This document shows positions 1 through 9,753 of a DNA stretch of 64,000 nt, one piece after another. Made by a program: the position numbers and the translations under genes. Under the pieces are notes generated by a model. It worked only from the letters and a program-made list of their open reading frames with translations. It did not search any database and had not been told where the DNA came from. Each line of letters opens with the position of its first letter. Positions within the stretch are counted from its first letter, which is position 1. The stretch is from Candidatus Woesearchaeota archaeon (GTDB lineage Archaea > Nanobdellota > Nanobdellia > Woesearchaeales > JAZDKJ01), in the NCBI GenBank assembly GCA_043803105.1, contig JAZDKJ010000005.1, forward strand, positions 1 through 64,000, given 5' to 3'.

Positions 1-2
1 AT

Positions 3-3000
3 GTTGCGTGCACGGACTGCGTTGCCTTAGGTACAGAAACCTCAAATAATTATGTTGGTGATGTTGCTGCTGGTGCCGGTTTGACCAAGAGTTCATCGGC
101 TGGAGAGGGCCAATCGGTAGATTTGGCTGTGGGCGCAGGAAACTGCATCACCGTAGGCGCAGACACAGTTGGAATTAACACGACTAATTGCAAGACGAAC
201 TGGGACACAGCTTACACACATTCGCAAGCAACAACCAACGTGCATGGACTAACCTTCACAGGAGAAGGAAGCGGCGGAGGACTGGATGCTGATACCGTGG
301 ACAGCGCACATGTCGGCAGCATCAGCCAAAACTATATCACAAAGATGGGGGCAAGCACAACACTAGGGCAGTCTGTCATTTATGATAACGGTAGCAATGT
401 CGGCATCGGGACCACGAGCCCATCTGAAATACTGACAGTCGGCGGCAACCTTGCTATTAAAGAAGTCTCTAGCGCACCAACTGCAACCTCTGGTTATGGT
501 AAAGTATATGCCAAGAACGATCCATATACAGTACTTTTGCTACATGCAGACGGTTCAACCACTTCCTTCACTGATTCTTCTGCTAGCAAGAACACACTTA
601 CTGCCTATGGTGGTGCAACCCAATCAAGCTCTAATTACAAGTTCTCAAGCGGCGGGTCAGCATCCTTTGACGGCGCCGGTGACTATTTAGCTACTAGTGA
701 TTCTTCGGATTGGGATTTTGGCTCAGGCAATTTTACGATTGATGCATGGGTTAGGATTTCTGGTTATATGTCCAATGCAACTGATATTACGCCAGCTATG
801 TCCAGCGACACTGCACCTTCCCCGTATAATTGTTCGGTGTCTCCTCCAGAAGACGGCAGCTATCCGGCCTGGAGAGCTTTTGACAACTCAATATATACTG
901 TTGGAGGGATATTTATTGGCACTGTCGGTTGGTGGAAATTTTATTTTGGCAGCAATAATGCAAAAGTTGTGAGGTGGTATAAAATTACAGGTTACAGTAT
1001 CACAACTTTCAGCCCTAATACTTGGACGTTTCAAGGCAGCAATAATGATATCGCTTGGACAACCCTAGACACGCGAACCGGTATAACGTGGACAGCTTCA
1101 GAAGCTAAGACATTTACATTGTCTGGTAATCCTAACGCATACCTTTATTACAGATTAAGTGTCTCGTCGAATAATGGCGCGGCCAATACTGCAATTTATG
1201 AACTCGAACTGATGGGCACTTTAAGAGAAACCGTTACCTCCCAATCGTCTAATCTCAGCAAGGGCTGGGCATTTGCAGTAGACAGTAAATCATTATATTT
1301 TGACTACTCAACCAACGGCACCAATTCATTTACAAAATCTGCCTCTTGGTCTCCTTCCAACAATGTTTGGTACCATGTCGCTGCAGTAAGAAGCCAAAAT
1401 AACCTTACATTTTATGTCAACGGTACAAGACAGGGTGTAAAACAAAATTTAACCGGTGTAACTGTCTACAATAGCCAGGCTCTGCTAAAGGTCGGAGCCA
1501 GGAACTACAGTGTTGCTGCTAATTACTTCAACGGTTCCATTGATGAGCTAAGAATCTCAAAAGGCATTGCAAGATGGACTTCAAACTTCACTATGCCCAC
1601 TCAGCCTTATGACGATTATGGACTTTTCTACAAAGGGTCGACAGGCACAACCAACGCCTTGATTGGAGGCAGTTCAGGCAGCACTTCCACTTCGTACTGG
1701 AGCCAAACCGGTTCTTATGTTTACTACAATTCCGGCAATGTCGGCATCGGGACGACAAGCCCAGTCTCAAAGCTTGATGTTCTTGGCAACGTAAGTCTAA
1801 ACAAGACCTTGTACGTGAAGAACGGCAATGTCGGCATCGGGACTGCGGCGCCCATAGTTAGATTAACTATTCTTGATGTTCCAGGTGTAGATTCGGAACA
1901 ACTTGCAATAGGAGCTAGTGCTGCTGATCATTTATCTATTGGTTTTATTAACATTGGAGCAACGACTGGATTTATTGCGAATACCCACAATTCGACTGAT
2001 ACTCGTTTTGATATAAGAATAAGGGGTAAGGATAGTACGGATGCGAAAGTAACAGTTTTAGGAAGTGGCAATGTCGGCATCGGGACGACTGCTCCGGTTT
2101 CGAAGCTTGATGTTCTTGGCAACGTAAGTCTAAACAAGACCCTGTACGTGAAGAACGGCAATGTGGGCATCGGAACTTCCGCGCCGTCTCAAACATTAGA
2201 TGTAAAGGGGACAGGTGGACTTCCGGCGGTTTCAGGAACCACTCAGAATGGGAATCTTAGGATTGAGAGTTCTGTGGCTTATGGAAACGTACTGGACATT
2301 GGGCATTCAGACACCTCACCGTATGGTCTTTGGCTGCAAGGCACGGATAGGACAAATTTAGCATTAACATACCCCCTACTGTTAAATCCAAACGGAGGCA
2401 ATGTTGGCATCGGGACGACTACTCCGGATCAAAAACTGAAAGTTGTTGGGAGCATCAATATAACCAATCCTGGAAACCTGTACTATGATGGTGCATTGGT
2501 TCCTTACTCGCCGCTTGTTATCAGCTCAGCAGATGAAGAGCCAATCCCAATCTGCTTGAAAGCCCAAAATGGAGACTGGGTTGGATGCATGCCAGACCAA
2601 AATTATCAATGGACTTGCGAGCAAAATATTGAGTGTGACCGAAAGATTGCCAGGATACAGGTGGCGACTGAGCTGGAAAAACTTGTAACAAACACAACTG
2701 AGCGCGTTGAAAAGCAGCGAGCGCTAAAAGAGAAAATCAGCAACAGCACCACAAGGCAAGAAATAGCTGACGCTGTTGACCAGTTTGCGACTGAAGCAAA
2801 GGTGAACCTGTCAAGAAATCTTACTGCAAGCATGAGGCAGGCGGCAAAAGGTCCGGGGAAGATTAGGCCTGTTCGAGAGAAAGCAACCACTAACGAGACA
2901 AGCAACCAAACAAATGAATCAGAGGCAAGCTCAATCGAGCTGCTGCAATCGCAGTTAGCAAATCAGCAGCAAGAGATAGATACGCTAAAGCAACAAGTAG

Positions 3001-3104
3001 AAGAGCTGAGGCTTGCTGTAAGAACTCAGGAAATGACAACCAAGGCTTATGGCAATGCGACAATAACACAAACAGACGGAATGACAACAATAAGAGTACA
3101 ATAA
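3..3104 (+). CDS. Large surface/adhesin-like protein (5'-truncated): GNVGIGT repeats, LamG/ConA-like domain with nested discoidin-like domain, C-terminal coiled coil
   Basis: Frame is open from position 3 (VACTDCVALG...), so the start lies upstream of the window. Six (G/S)NVGIGT repeats; LamG motifs LLLHADG, FTIDAWVR, WYHVAAVR, FNGSIDELRISKG; coiled coil QQQEIDTLKQQVEEL. Confidence 0.8.
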   Translation, partial: VACTDCVALGTETSNNYVGDVAAGAGLTKSSSAGEGQSVDLAVGAGNCITVGADTVGINTTNCKTNWDTAYTHSQATTNVHGLTFTGEGSGGGLDADTVDSAHVGSISQNYITKMGASTTLGQSVIYDNGSNVGIGTTSPSEILTVGGNLAIKEVSSAPTATSGYGKVYAKNDPYTVLLLHADGSTTSFTDSSASKNTLTAYGGATQSSSNYKFSSGGSASFDGAGDYLATSDSSDWDFGSGNFTIDAWVRISGYMSNATDITPAMSSDTAPSPYNCSVSPPEDGSYPAWRAFDNSIYTVGGIFIGTVGWWKFYFGSNNAKVVRWYKITGYSITTFSPNTWTFQGSNNDIAWTTLDTRTGITWTASEAKTFTLSGNPNAYLYYRLSVSSNNGAANTAIYELELMGTLRETVTSQSSNLSKGWAFAVDSKSLYFDYSTNGTNSFTKSASWSPSNNVWYHVAAVRSQNNLTFYVNGTRQGVKQNLTGVTVYNSQALLKVGARNYSVAANYFNGSIDELRISKGIARWTSNFTMPTQPYDDYGLFYKGSTGTTNALIGGSSGSTSTSYWSQTGSYVYYNSGNVGIGTTSPVSKLDVLGNVSLNKTLYVKNGNVGIGTAAPIVRLTILDVPGVDSEQLAIGASAADHLSIGFINIGATTGFIANTHNSTDTRFDIRIRGKDSTDAKVTVLGSGNVGIGTTAPVSKLDVLGNVSLNKTLYVKNGNVGIGTSAPSQTLDVKGTGGLPAVSGTTQNGNLRIESSVAYGNVLDIGHSDTSPYGLWLQGTDRTNLALTYPLLLNPNGGNVGIGTTTPDQKLKVVGSINITNPGNLYYDGALVPYSPLVISSADEEPIPICLKAQNGDWVGCMPDQNYQWTCEQNIECDRKIARIQVATELEKLVTNTTERVEKQRALKEKISNSTTRQEIADAVDQFATEAKVNLSRNLTASMRQAAKGPGKIRPVREKATTNETSNQTNESEASSIELLQSQLANQQQEIDTLKQQVEELRLAVRTQEMTTKAYGNATITQTDGMTTIRVQ
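394..2416 (+). repeat. Six dispersed copies of the 19-mer GCAATGTCGGCATCGGGAC, plus an ~110-bp imperfect direct repeat
   Basis: Identical copies at 394, 1735, 1825 and 2068; variants at 2158 (2 mismatches) and 2398 (1 mismatch). 1734-1843 is repeated at 2067-2176. Confidence 0.9.
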
Positions 3105-3113
3105 AACCAATAA

Positions 3114-4385
3114 ATGGTGAGCAAAAAGAGGATCACAGGATTGCTGTTCATTGTGATTAGCTGCAGCGCGATAGCGCTAGCTATGAACAGCACAAACTAC
3201 CAGATACCAATAATGACAACAGACTCTGGTGGAGGTAACAGCAGTTCAACGCGTTTCACAACCAAGGGATTAGTGGGCACGATAACAGGCAATGCAAGCT
3301 CAACACATTACACGAACAGACTAGGCATTTTCTATTCAACGCAGCAAGGAAACCATTTGCCAAACATAACAAGGATGAACCTAACACCACTCTCCCCAAA
3401 AACAACCGACAACCTGAATTGCAGTTTCAAGGTTGTTGACATGGATGCTGACGACACTCTTTACGCAAACTTCACATGGTACAATGGAAGCGTTGCCAAA
3501 TTCAAGGGAAGGATAGCGGTGACAAACAACACACTGGCAAGCATAAGGCTAAGCGCGGCAAACACAACACTAAACGACGTATGGAACTGCTCAATCACAC
3601 CGTACGACAGCACTGATTACGGAACCACACGGAGCAGGAAAGTAACGATAGTAAACGCACCGCCAAACGTGACACTAATCTGGCCGAACAACAACAACGA
3701 CACAACAAAATACAACAGGACACTAAGGTTCTTGTGGAACGGAATGGATGCGGATGGCGACCAACTAAACTACACTATCAAAATACAGTGCAGGGCTGCA
3801 AGCGGATGCGCTCCTTACCTGCAAAACCTTCTGCTCAATGTCAGCACAGAAAACTACACAATCACCCAAGAGCTTGAGGTTGACAAGAAGTATAACTGGA
3901 CAATAAGAGCATGGGACGGGTTTGCCTGGAGCGATTGGGCCGGTGCCTGGAACTTCACAGTTGCATCAAAGGTGGCAATCTTGCTAACCAACAATGCAAC
4001 AAGCTTTGGCACACTGAACAAGAATGAGGTCAGGAATACAACAAAGGCCGGAGACAGCTACAACCCGTTTGTCGTAAGAAACGACGGCAACATGGTCACA
4101 AACATCACAATAAAGGCAATCAGCCAGTTGTGGAAAACGGTGAGGCTGAACACAACTTATTTCCAGTTCATGGCAGGTAACGCAACCACAACGAGGAACT
4201 TCAACTGGACAGGGTCACAGATTATCTGGAGAAATGTATCAGACAAGAACAGAGCGGTAATAAAGAGATTGAATTATTCCTCGCACAAAAACAATGCTAC
4301 AATTGAGTTCCTTGTGAGGGTACCGCTTGATGAAGGGCCTGGCACAAGGAATTCAGGGCTAATCATAACAGGGGTGGCATCATGA
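3114..4385 (+). CDS. Secreted Ig/FnIII-like surface glycoprotein
   Basis: Signal peptide; many NxS/T sequons; DADGDQLNY and YNWTIRAWDG Ig/FnIII motifs; C-terminal RVPLDEGPG-strand. Confidence 0.7.
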   Translation: MVSKKRITGLLFIVISCSAIALAMNSTNYQIPIMTTDSGGGNSSSTRFTTKGLVGTITGNASSTHYTNRLGIFYSTQQGNHLPNITRMNLTPLSPKTTDNLNCSFKVVDMDADDTLYANFTWYNGSVAKFKGRIAVTNNTLASIRLSAANTTLNDVWNCSITPYDSTDYGTTRSRKVTIVNAPPNVTLIWPNNNNDTTKYNRTLRFLWNGMDADGDQLNYTIKIQCRAASGCAPYLQNLLLNVSTENYTITQELEVDKKYNWTIRAWDGFAWSDWAGAWNFTVASKVAILLTNNATSFGTLNKNEVRNTTKAGDSYNPFVVRNDGNMVTNITIKAISQLWKTVRLNTTYFQFMAGNATTTRNFNWTGSQIIWRNVSDKNRAVIKRLNYSSHKNNATIEFLVRVPLDEGPGTRNSGLIITGVAS

Positions 4386-5668
4386 AAGTGAACAAAATGG
4401 TGCTCATCCTTGTTTTCTTCCTTGCGATCAGCATGAGTATAACACTTGCCATTGGCATAAGCCCTGCAAAGACAACAATCAACTATGAACCAGGCAAAAT
4501 TGCAGCAGTCAAATTGAGGATAATCAACAACCAGCATGAAGACGGGAACTTTGCCATCTATGCAGCAGGCAACCTCAGCAGCCTAATCAAACTTGACGAA
4601 AGCATGATACATCTCAGCGCGCAAGATAATGAAAGGATCGTAAATGCCCAAGTGAGCTTGCCAGCAGGCTTGAGCGAGGGAAACCACAACCTGGAGTTTG
4701 TAGTACTGCAACTGCCAAAGAGCGTTGGAGCTGCAGAAAGCATAGAAGTGCAAGGCAATGTTGTTATCGTTAAAACAGGGAGTTCTGAAGCAATGATAAG
4801 CTCAACTGCATCTGTAATATCCAAACTTCAAATACAAGTCCCATACAAAGGGGCATACCTTGAGGCAAACCTGTACATCTCGGACTGTGTTGAGAATGGG
4901 ACAGCGAGCCTCTCGATACCTTTGTACAATCTTGGAACTGCAGGCGTGGACGTACAAGCAGACATAGTCATAAAAGATCCGTTCGGGAAAACAGCAGGGC
5001 AACTGCAGACAAAAACCGTGACAGTGCAACCTGCACAAGAGGGCAGATTGACAGCGGACTGGAATGCAAATGTGAAAGGAGGGGAGTATTATGCTTTCGT
5101 TACAATACATTATGCTGGGAAGAAACTTGAATTGAATAAGGCGTTCAGAGTTGGAGAAATGCTCGTGAGCATACAGGAGATAGACACGGGAAATTTCTAC
5201 CTCGGGCAGATAGCCAAGTTCAACATTTTCCTGAAGAACAACTGGAACCTGCAGATAAAAGACTTGTACGGAGAAGTCCGGATACACAACACTGACGGGA
5301 GCGAACTAACCAAATTCAAGACAGCATCCATAGACATTGATCCAGGAGTCATCAGCCCGATAACAGCATACTGGGACACAGCAGGAATAAACGTCGGGGC
5401 TTACGACATGAACATCATACTGCATTATTCGGGAAAGACAACAACTCAAATGACAAGAATAAATGTCAACCTTGACTCGATCCAGACAGAATCATTCATG
5501 ACGGCGGCAGTAATAGCTGAGCAGGGAAAATTCAGGTCGCAGTCGATAATGCTTGTTGTGCTCATTGCATTAATATTGGCAAGCATTGCGACAATAGTCA
5601 CGGTGAAGTATCGCAAGAAAAGGCCGCCTCAAAACAACTATAGTAACATAAATGAGGCAAAGGTATAG
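4382..5668 (+). CDS. Secreted, membrane-anchored Ig-like protein (DUF916/WxL-partner-like)
   Basis: Signal peptide then GISPAK; beta-rich domains; C-terminal TM helix and basic tail; ATGA overlap with the upstream gene. Confidence 0.65.
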   Translation: MKVNKMVLILVFFLAISMSITLAIGISPAKTTINYEPGKIAAVKLRIINNQHEDGNFAIYAAGNLSSLIKLDESMIHLSAQDNERIVNAQVSLPAGLSEGNHNLEFVVLQLPKSVGAAESIEVQGNVVIVKTGSSEAMISSTASVISKLQIQVPYKGAYLEANLYISDCVENGTASLSIPLYNLGTAGVDVQADIVIKDPFGKTAGQLQTKTVTVQPAQEGRLTADWNANVKGGEYYAFVTIHYAGKKLELNKAFRVGEMLVSIQEIDTGNFYLGQIAKFNIFLKNNWNLQIKDLYGEVRIHNTDGSELTKFKTASIDIDPGVISPITAYWDTAGINVGAYDMNIILHYSGKTTTQMTRINVNLDSIQTESFMTAAVIAEQGKFRSQSIMLVVLIALILASIATIVTVKYRKKRPPQNNYSNINEAKV

Positions 5669-5675
5669 AAAAAGT

Positions 5676-6155
5676 TCAAGAGCCGATGGAGCGGAACCCG
5701 TAATAAACCAGGGTGCCTAAAGCGACAATAAATATTGTAGTCACACAACCGACCAACTTTGAAGGAGCAAAAGAAGCCTGATGGACAGTATGAACAGGAG
5801 AGACTAATTCAATTGGTATAGAGACACCTGGAAAAAAACCTATGCCCTGGTTGTCAGAGTGATTAACTGTAAGGCTCAATTGGCCGGTGCAATGACCAGC
5901 AAGGGCATTGACTAAGAACTGTTTATTACTGTTTGGGGCTAGAACGAGTGAATTGCCTGAAAGATTAAGCGAAGGGCAATCACTGTCTACCATAACAGCG
6001 ACAGCAAAGGGATTAGGGTTGGAGACCCAAACAGAGGCTTTCTCGCCAGAGTACAGGAAGAGCCTGTCAGGAGAGACACCGAGGCCTGAGGCGCTAACCA
6101 AGGCTGACAAGAGAAACAGCATGACAAGATTTAAATGGAAAAGCCTCTTATGCAC
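5676..6155 (-). CDS. Small secreted, membrane-anchored Ig-like protein
   Basis: Likely start GTG 6155 or ATG 6122; signal peptide, GVSPDRL (compare GISPAK), C-terminal TM helix. Confidence 0.6.
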   Translation of the reverse strand: MHKRLFHLNLVMLFLLSALVSASGLGVSPDRLFLYSGEKASVWVSNPNPFAVAVMVDSDCPSLNLSGNSLVLAPNSNKQFLVNALAGHCTGQLSLTVNHSDNQGIGFFPGVSIPIELVSPVHTVHQASFAPSKLVGCVTTIFIVALGTLVYYGFRSIGS

Positions 6156-6161
6156 ATTAGC

Positions 6162-6473
6162 ATGAAAGTATTGTTTATATGCAACCAAAATCAGAATAGA
6201 AGCAAAACAGCTGAGCAACTTTTTAAGAAGAGATTTGACACAAAGTCTGCAGGCCTGTACAATGAAAAGCCAGTGACTGAAAAAGAGTTGTCCTGGGCAG
6301 ACCTTGTTGTGGTTATGGAAGAAGAACAAAGAACAGAAATCGGCAAAAGGTTTCCAAAACTTTACCTGCAAAAACGCATAATCTCTCTTGACATCCCAGA
6401 CATCTACCAATATAACCAACCTGAACTGATTAACATTCTAAAAACCAAAGTCAAACATTTAGCAATTCTTTAA
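6162..6473 (+). CDS. Low-molecular-weight protein tyrosine phosphatase family protein
   Basis: P-loop VLFICNQNQNRS (CX5R), SAG, WADLVVVME, LDIPD. Confidence 0.85.
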   Translation: MKVLFICNQNQNRSKTAEQLFKKRFDTKSAGLYNEKPVTEKELSWADLVVVMEEEQRTEIGKRFPKLYLQKRIISLDIPDIYQYNQPELINILKTKVKHLAIL

Positions 6474-6621
6474 TCTGCTGCTGTGCCTCTTCCAGAGATT
6501 GAAAAACCTTAGTCTCATGAATCCGAAGTCCGGAGGCAGTCTTTGTTAATTTGTAATGATCCTTATGGTTAGACAGCTTGAGTATGGCAACCTCCACTCT
6601 ACTGTCACCCCGATGCACCAT
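6451..6621 (-). CDS. 56-aa hypothetical protein (below the ORF-track cut-off)
   Basis: MVHRGDSRVEVAILKL...FQSLEEAQQQIKELLNV; its ATG overlaps the upstream stop (TGATG). Confidence 0.55.
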   Translation of the reverse strand: MVHRGDSRVEVAILKLSNHKDHYKLTKTASGLRIHETKVFQSLEEAQQQIKELLNV

Positions 6622-7898
6622 CAGCTAGGCCTTGCCGTTAGCATAACATGGCCTGAGTAGATGCCCTCTGAAGTGCCTTCAGGAACGAAAACCCGATAGC
6701 TCAGTTCCTTGGAATGCGCAGGAGACAGGGCTAATGCAACGTACTGCAGGCTCTCTGACAAAGGCAAAACCGAGCTCTTGAAATCAGAGGAAAAAGAAAG
6801 CTCAATATTGTGCAAATCTATTGAGCCTTGAGATGAAGTGAGGTTAGAACCAAGCACTCCAACATCAAAAGCGACATTGCCGATATTACGGATTGTCGGC
6901 TTATTTTTAGTTTTAATATCGAGGTCTCCGATGGATTGGAAAAGAGTGTTAGGCTGTGTAGTGAAATTGACTGACGCTGTATCTATAAACAGCGCAGTCA
7001 TAGGAAGGTATTCAAAGGAAACTGTTGAAGAACCAGACTTACCCTGAGAAGAGGCTGTTATGTTAACTGTGTAATTGCCAGGCGAGTCACTATATTCCAT
7101 GATAATGCTTCCGGCAAACCTCTGCTGAGAACTATTAGTTAAAGTCCTCTGCAGAGCGTAGCTCTTCCTATTTGAGCTAGCGACCACTTGGGAAATTGAG
7201 TTGTTACTCACAAAAACATTGACACTGAGATTTACAGAGACATTGGCACCAGGCATCGGAAGAATCTGGCTGCCAGACCTTAATAAGTCATCATCAGAAA
7301 CCATGAATGCAGCAACCTGAAGTGTTGGTTCTGTAACCTTGATTATGATGGTAAGGGCATCATTGCCGGCAGACCTTGGATTTGGAAGGGCTTCTGTGAA
7401 GTCAACATCATTATTGCCAGTGTCAGCATTATCAACGCGGGAGAGGCTGAAACCTTCGCGAACCAAAGCAGCAGGCGAGGACTCATAATATTCTGGAAAC
7501 TGCAAAGCACCCCAACCGACAACATCGATTATTGCGTTACTCTTCCTTAACCTACATGCATCAGGGCCGTTCTGCAAGTCGAGGTCAGTAACAAAATCAG
7601 GAGTGGGCAAAACATCAGACTCACCAATCAACAAATAGCCAGATGGCTGCAAAACATCATGCGAAGTGCCGGTCCACTCAATGGTCCAATCATTAGCGTT
7701 TGCGCCATTGCCTGTCTCAAATACATAATCCTCAAGATTGACTGCAGAGCTTGTCGGATTATAAAAGACCACAAACTCCTTACCAGAATCTGTGCCAACA
7801 GGGTTGTAGAATACCTCACTAATGATGACCCCTGAAGCAAGAGCACAATCAAATGACAAGAACAAACAAAGCAAACACACCAAAATTCTCAGATACAT
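6621..7898 (-). CDS. Lamin-tail-domain secreted protein
   Basis: Signal peptide; IISEVFYNP.G.D..KEFVVFYNP, LQNGPD, DVVGWG; RBS GAGGTGG upstream; C-terminal VPEGTSEGIYSGHVMLTA. Confidence 0.8.
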   Translation of the reverse strand: MYLRILVCLLCLFLSFDCALASGVIISEVFYNPVGTDSGKEFVVFYNPTSSAVNLEDYVFETGNGANANDWTIEWTGTSHDVLQPSGYLLIGESDVLPTPDFVTDLDLQNGPDACRLRKSNAIIDVVGWGALQFPEYYESSPAALVREGFSLSRVDNADTGNNDVDFTEALPNPRSAGNDALTIIIKVTEPTLQVAAFMVSDDDLLRSGSQILPMPGANVSVNLSVNVFVSNNSISQVVASSNRKSYALQRTLTNSSQQRFAGSIIMEYSDSPGNYTVNITASSQGKSGSSTVSFEYLPMTALFIDTASVNFTTQPNTLFQSIGDLDIKTKNKPTIRNIGNVAFDVGVLGSNLTSSQGSIDLHNIELSFSSDFKSSVLPLSESLQYVALALSPAHSKELSYRVFVPEGTSEGIYSGHVMLTARPS

Positions 7899-8003
7899 TT
7901 TCAACCACCTCAGAAAGAAATCAGGAACAGTGGTTAAAAAGTGTTACTGGAAAAAAAGACTAGAACCTACGAGAAAAACGGAAAAGAAAAGAAAAAGAAG
8001 AAT

Positions 8004-9470
8004 TTATCTCCTTCGCAGCATATAGCTTATCAAAGCAATGCCGACGATAAGCACAACAAGATAACCTAGCACTATAAGGCTTATGTACAGCACGTTACTG
8101 TTGCTTGAGGTATAGGTCACTGGCGCAGGCACTGTCGGGGTCACTGGGGTTGTCGGAGTAACCACAACTGTGGTGTTCTGAGGCTTTACCGGCTGCTGGC
8201 ACTGCGGGATTGTCAAAGACGTTCCTGAAGGGCAGGCCTTTGCCTGGTACTCATTGCTCACGATATTACCGCTGACGCATTCATAGCAGGTTATTGTTGT
8301 GACACAATCCTGCACTACCAGACTTGCTTCAGCAAAATTGTTTATGTCCTGATCCTGGAAAGCTGAATAATCAAAAAAGGTCATAACCCTTATAGAGTAT
8401 GTTCCTGCACGTTGGTCAGGGCTTATTGTTAGTGGTAAAGACTTGAAGTAGGTATCTCCTGAATTCAGGTCAATGGCCAGCTGCTGGTTCTTTATGCCCA
8501 AAGCGTCGCTCTCCCATTGAAGCACAACCTCATCAGAGTCATCATTACCAATGTTATCCAGGTTTATGTTCAGGTTGACGTTCCTGTCGCACGAAACTGT
8601 GCTTTGGCTTAAGACAGCGCTCTTTATGACAATGTCTTGGTCCTGCTTATTGACCTCAAAATCTATTGTCCATTGGTCACCGCCATTTGAATTCAGGTCA
8701 TCCTGGCCTGTGAGTGTAAAAGTCACTGTGTAAGTGTCTTCATCAATTGATGCGTCAACAGTAAAACTCAAAGACTCACTCTTGACGTTATTAGCAGAGA
8801 CAGAGCTATAATCAAGGGTGTCGCTGAGGTCAAAGTCAGAGTTCTGGCTTTCGAGATCAACAGACACGTCGCCATAGTCAAGGTTCTCACTCTTGGCGTT
8901 CCTGTTCTTGACCCTAACTTCGATTGTAAGCCTGTCACCAGGTCGAATGTCCTTGACATTGCTGCCATCTGTGTAGCCTTTCTTGGACTGTCCGTTGATT
9001 GAAACATAAACCCTGTCAAGTATAAGATTATTCTTTGCCTGCATCTGGAGCGTTGACTGGGCTGAGACTCCGCCACTGGCAGAAGCAATGATGTTCCCTA
9101 TAGTATTTACCCTATTAGATACAGGGTTTGCCCTGTTCTCAAAAAATGTGTCAAGATTTTCAGGCACTTTGGCAGTGATTACAACGCTTTGTGATGCATG
9201 GGCTGCCAAGCTTGAAATGATTGCAGGGGTGAACGTTACATTAAAATCGTTGGCTGCAGTAGAACTGAGCAGAATATTGTTCACCGAGGCATTACCAGTG
9301 TTTGTGATAGAAAAGGTGGCCTGAGTATAGGTGAACTGGTCGTCATGCTCATCAGGGTTGCTCTTAGTCTGGCTATCTCCGCCGAGAATAACGTTCGGAA
9401 TAGTCAGCGAAGCAGAAACAAAAGTAGCTAGAGCTAACAACATAACTAAACAGACAATTAAACGTTTCAT
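8004..9470 (-). CDS. S-layer-like/CARDB-type Ig-domain membrane-anchored protein
   Basis: Signal peptide, repeated Ig strands (NTGN, NIGN, AGTYSI), Pro/Thr linker, C-terminal TM helix followed by RRR. Confidence 0.7.
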   Translation of the reverse strand: MKRLIVCLVMLLALATFVSASLTIPNVILGGDSQTKSNPDEHDDQFTYTQATFSITNTGNASVNNILLSSTAANDFNVTFTPAIISSLAAHASQSVVITAKVPENLDTFFENRANPVSNRVNTIGNIIASASGGVSAQSTLQMQAKNNLILDRVYVSINGQSKKGYTDGSNVKDIRPGDRLTIEVRVKNRNAKSENLDYGDVSVDLESQNSDFDLSDTLDYSSVSANNVKSESLSFTVDASIDEDTYTVTFTLTGQDDLNSNGGDQWTIDFEVNKQDQDIVIKSAVLSQSTVSCDRNVNLNINLDNIGNDDSDEVVLQWESDALGIKNQQLAIDLNSGDTYFKSLPLTISPDQRAGTYSIRVMTFFDYSAFQDQDINNFAEASLVVQDCVTTITCYECVSGNIVSNEYQAKACPSGTSLTIPQCQQPVKPQNTTVVVTPTTPVTPTVPAPVTYTSSNSNVLYISLIVLGYLVVLIVGIALISYMLRRR

Positions 9471-9753
9471 ATTAACATACCCCCAATTTTATCATTAAAG
9501 ATAATGTTATTACTGATAAGTTATAATTGTTTTATAAAGATTTTGGTTTTTAAAAATATACATCCAAAGATATAGTTTTATTATCTGTTAGTAAACAATT
9601 TTTAATGCAAAAAAGGGGCATTCTTTAGTAAATATTTGCATAGGTTCAATCAGATTGCGGTGCAGAAAGAAAATTTGGAATGGATCGCCATAGTAACAAG
9701 GTGTTCAGCCAGCCTGCAAAGATTTATTAAGATAAAACCACAACAAGAGCAAA

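Noticed and set aside
3-3104. Prophage tail fibre or diversity-generating retroelement target
   Set aside because: No capsid, terminase, integrase or reverse transcriptase in the window, and the repeat mismatches are not adenine-specific.
6156-6419. N-terminal extension of ORF 5676..6419
   Set aside because: It is antisense to the PTP gene; the signal peptide begins at 6155 or 6122.
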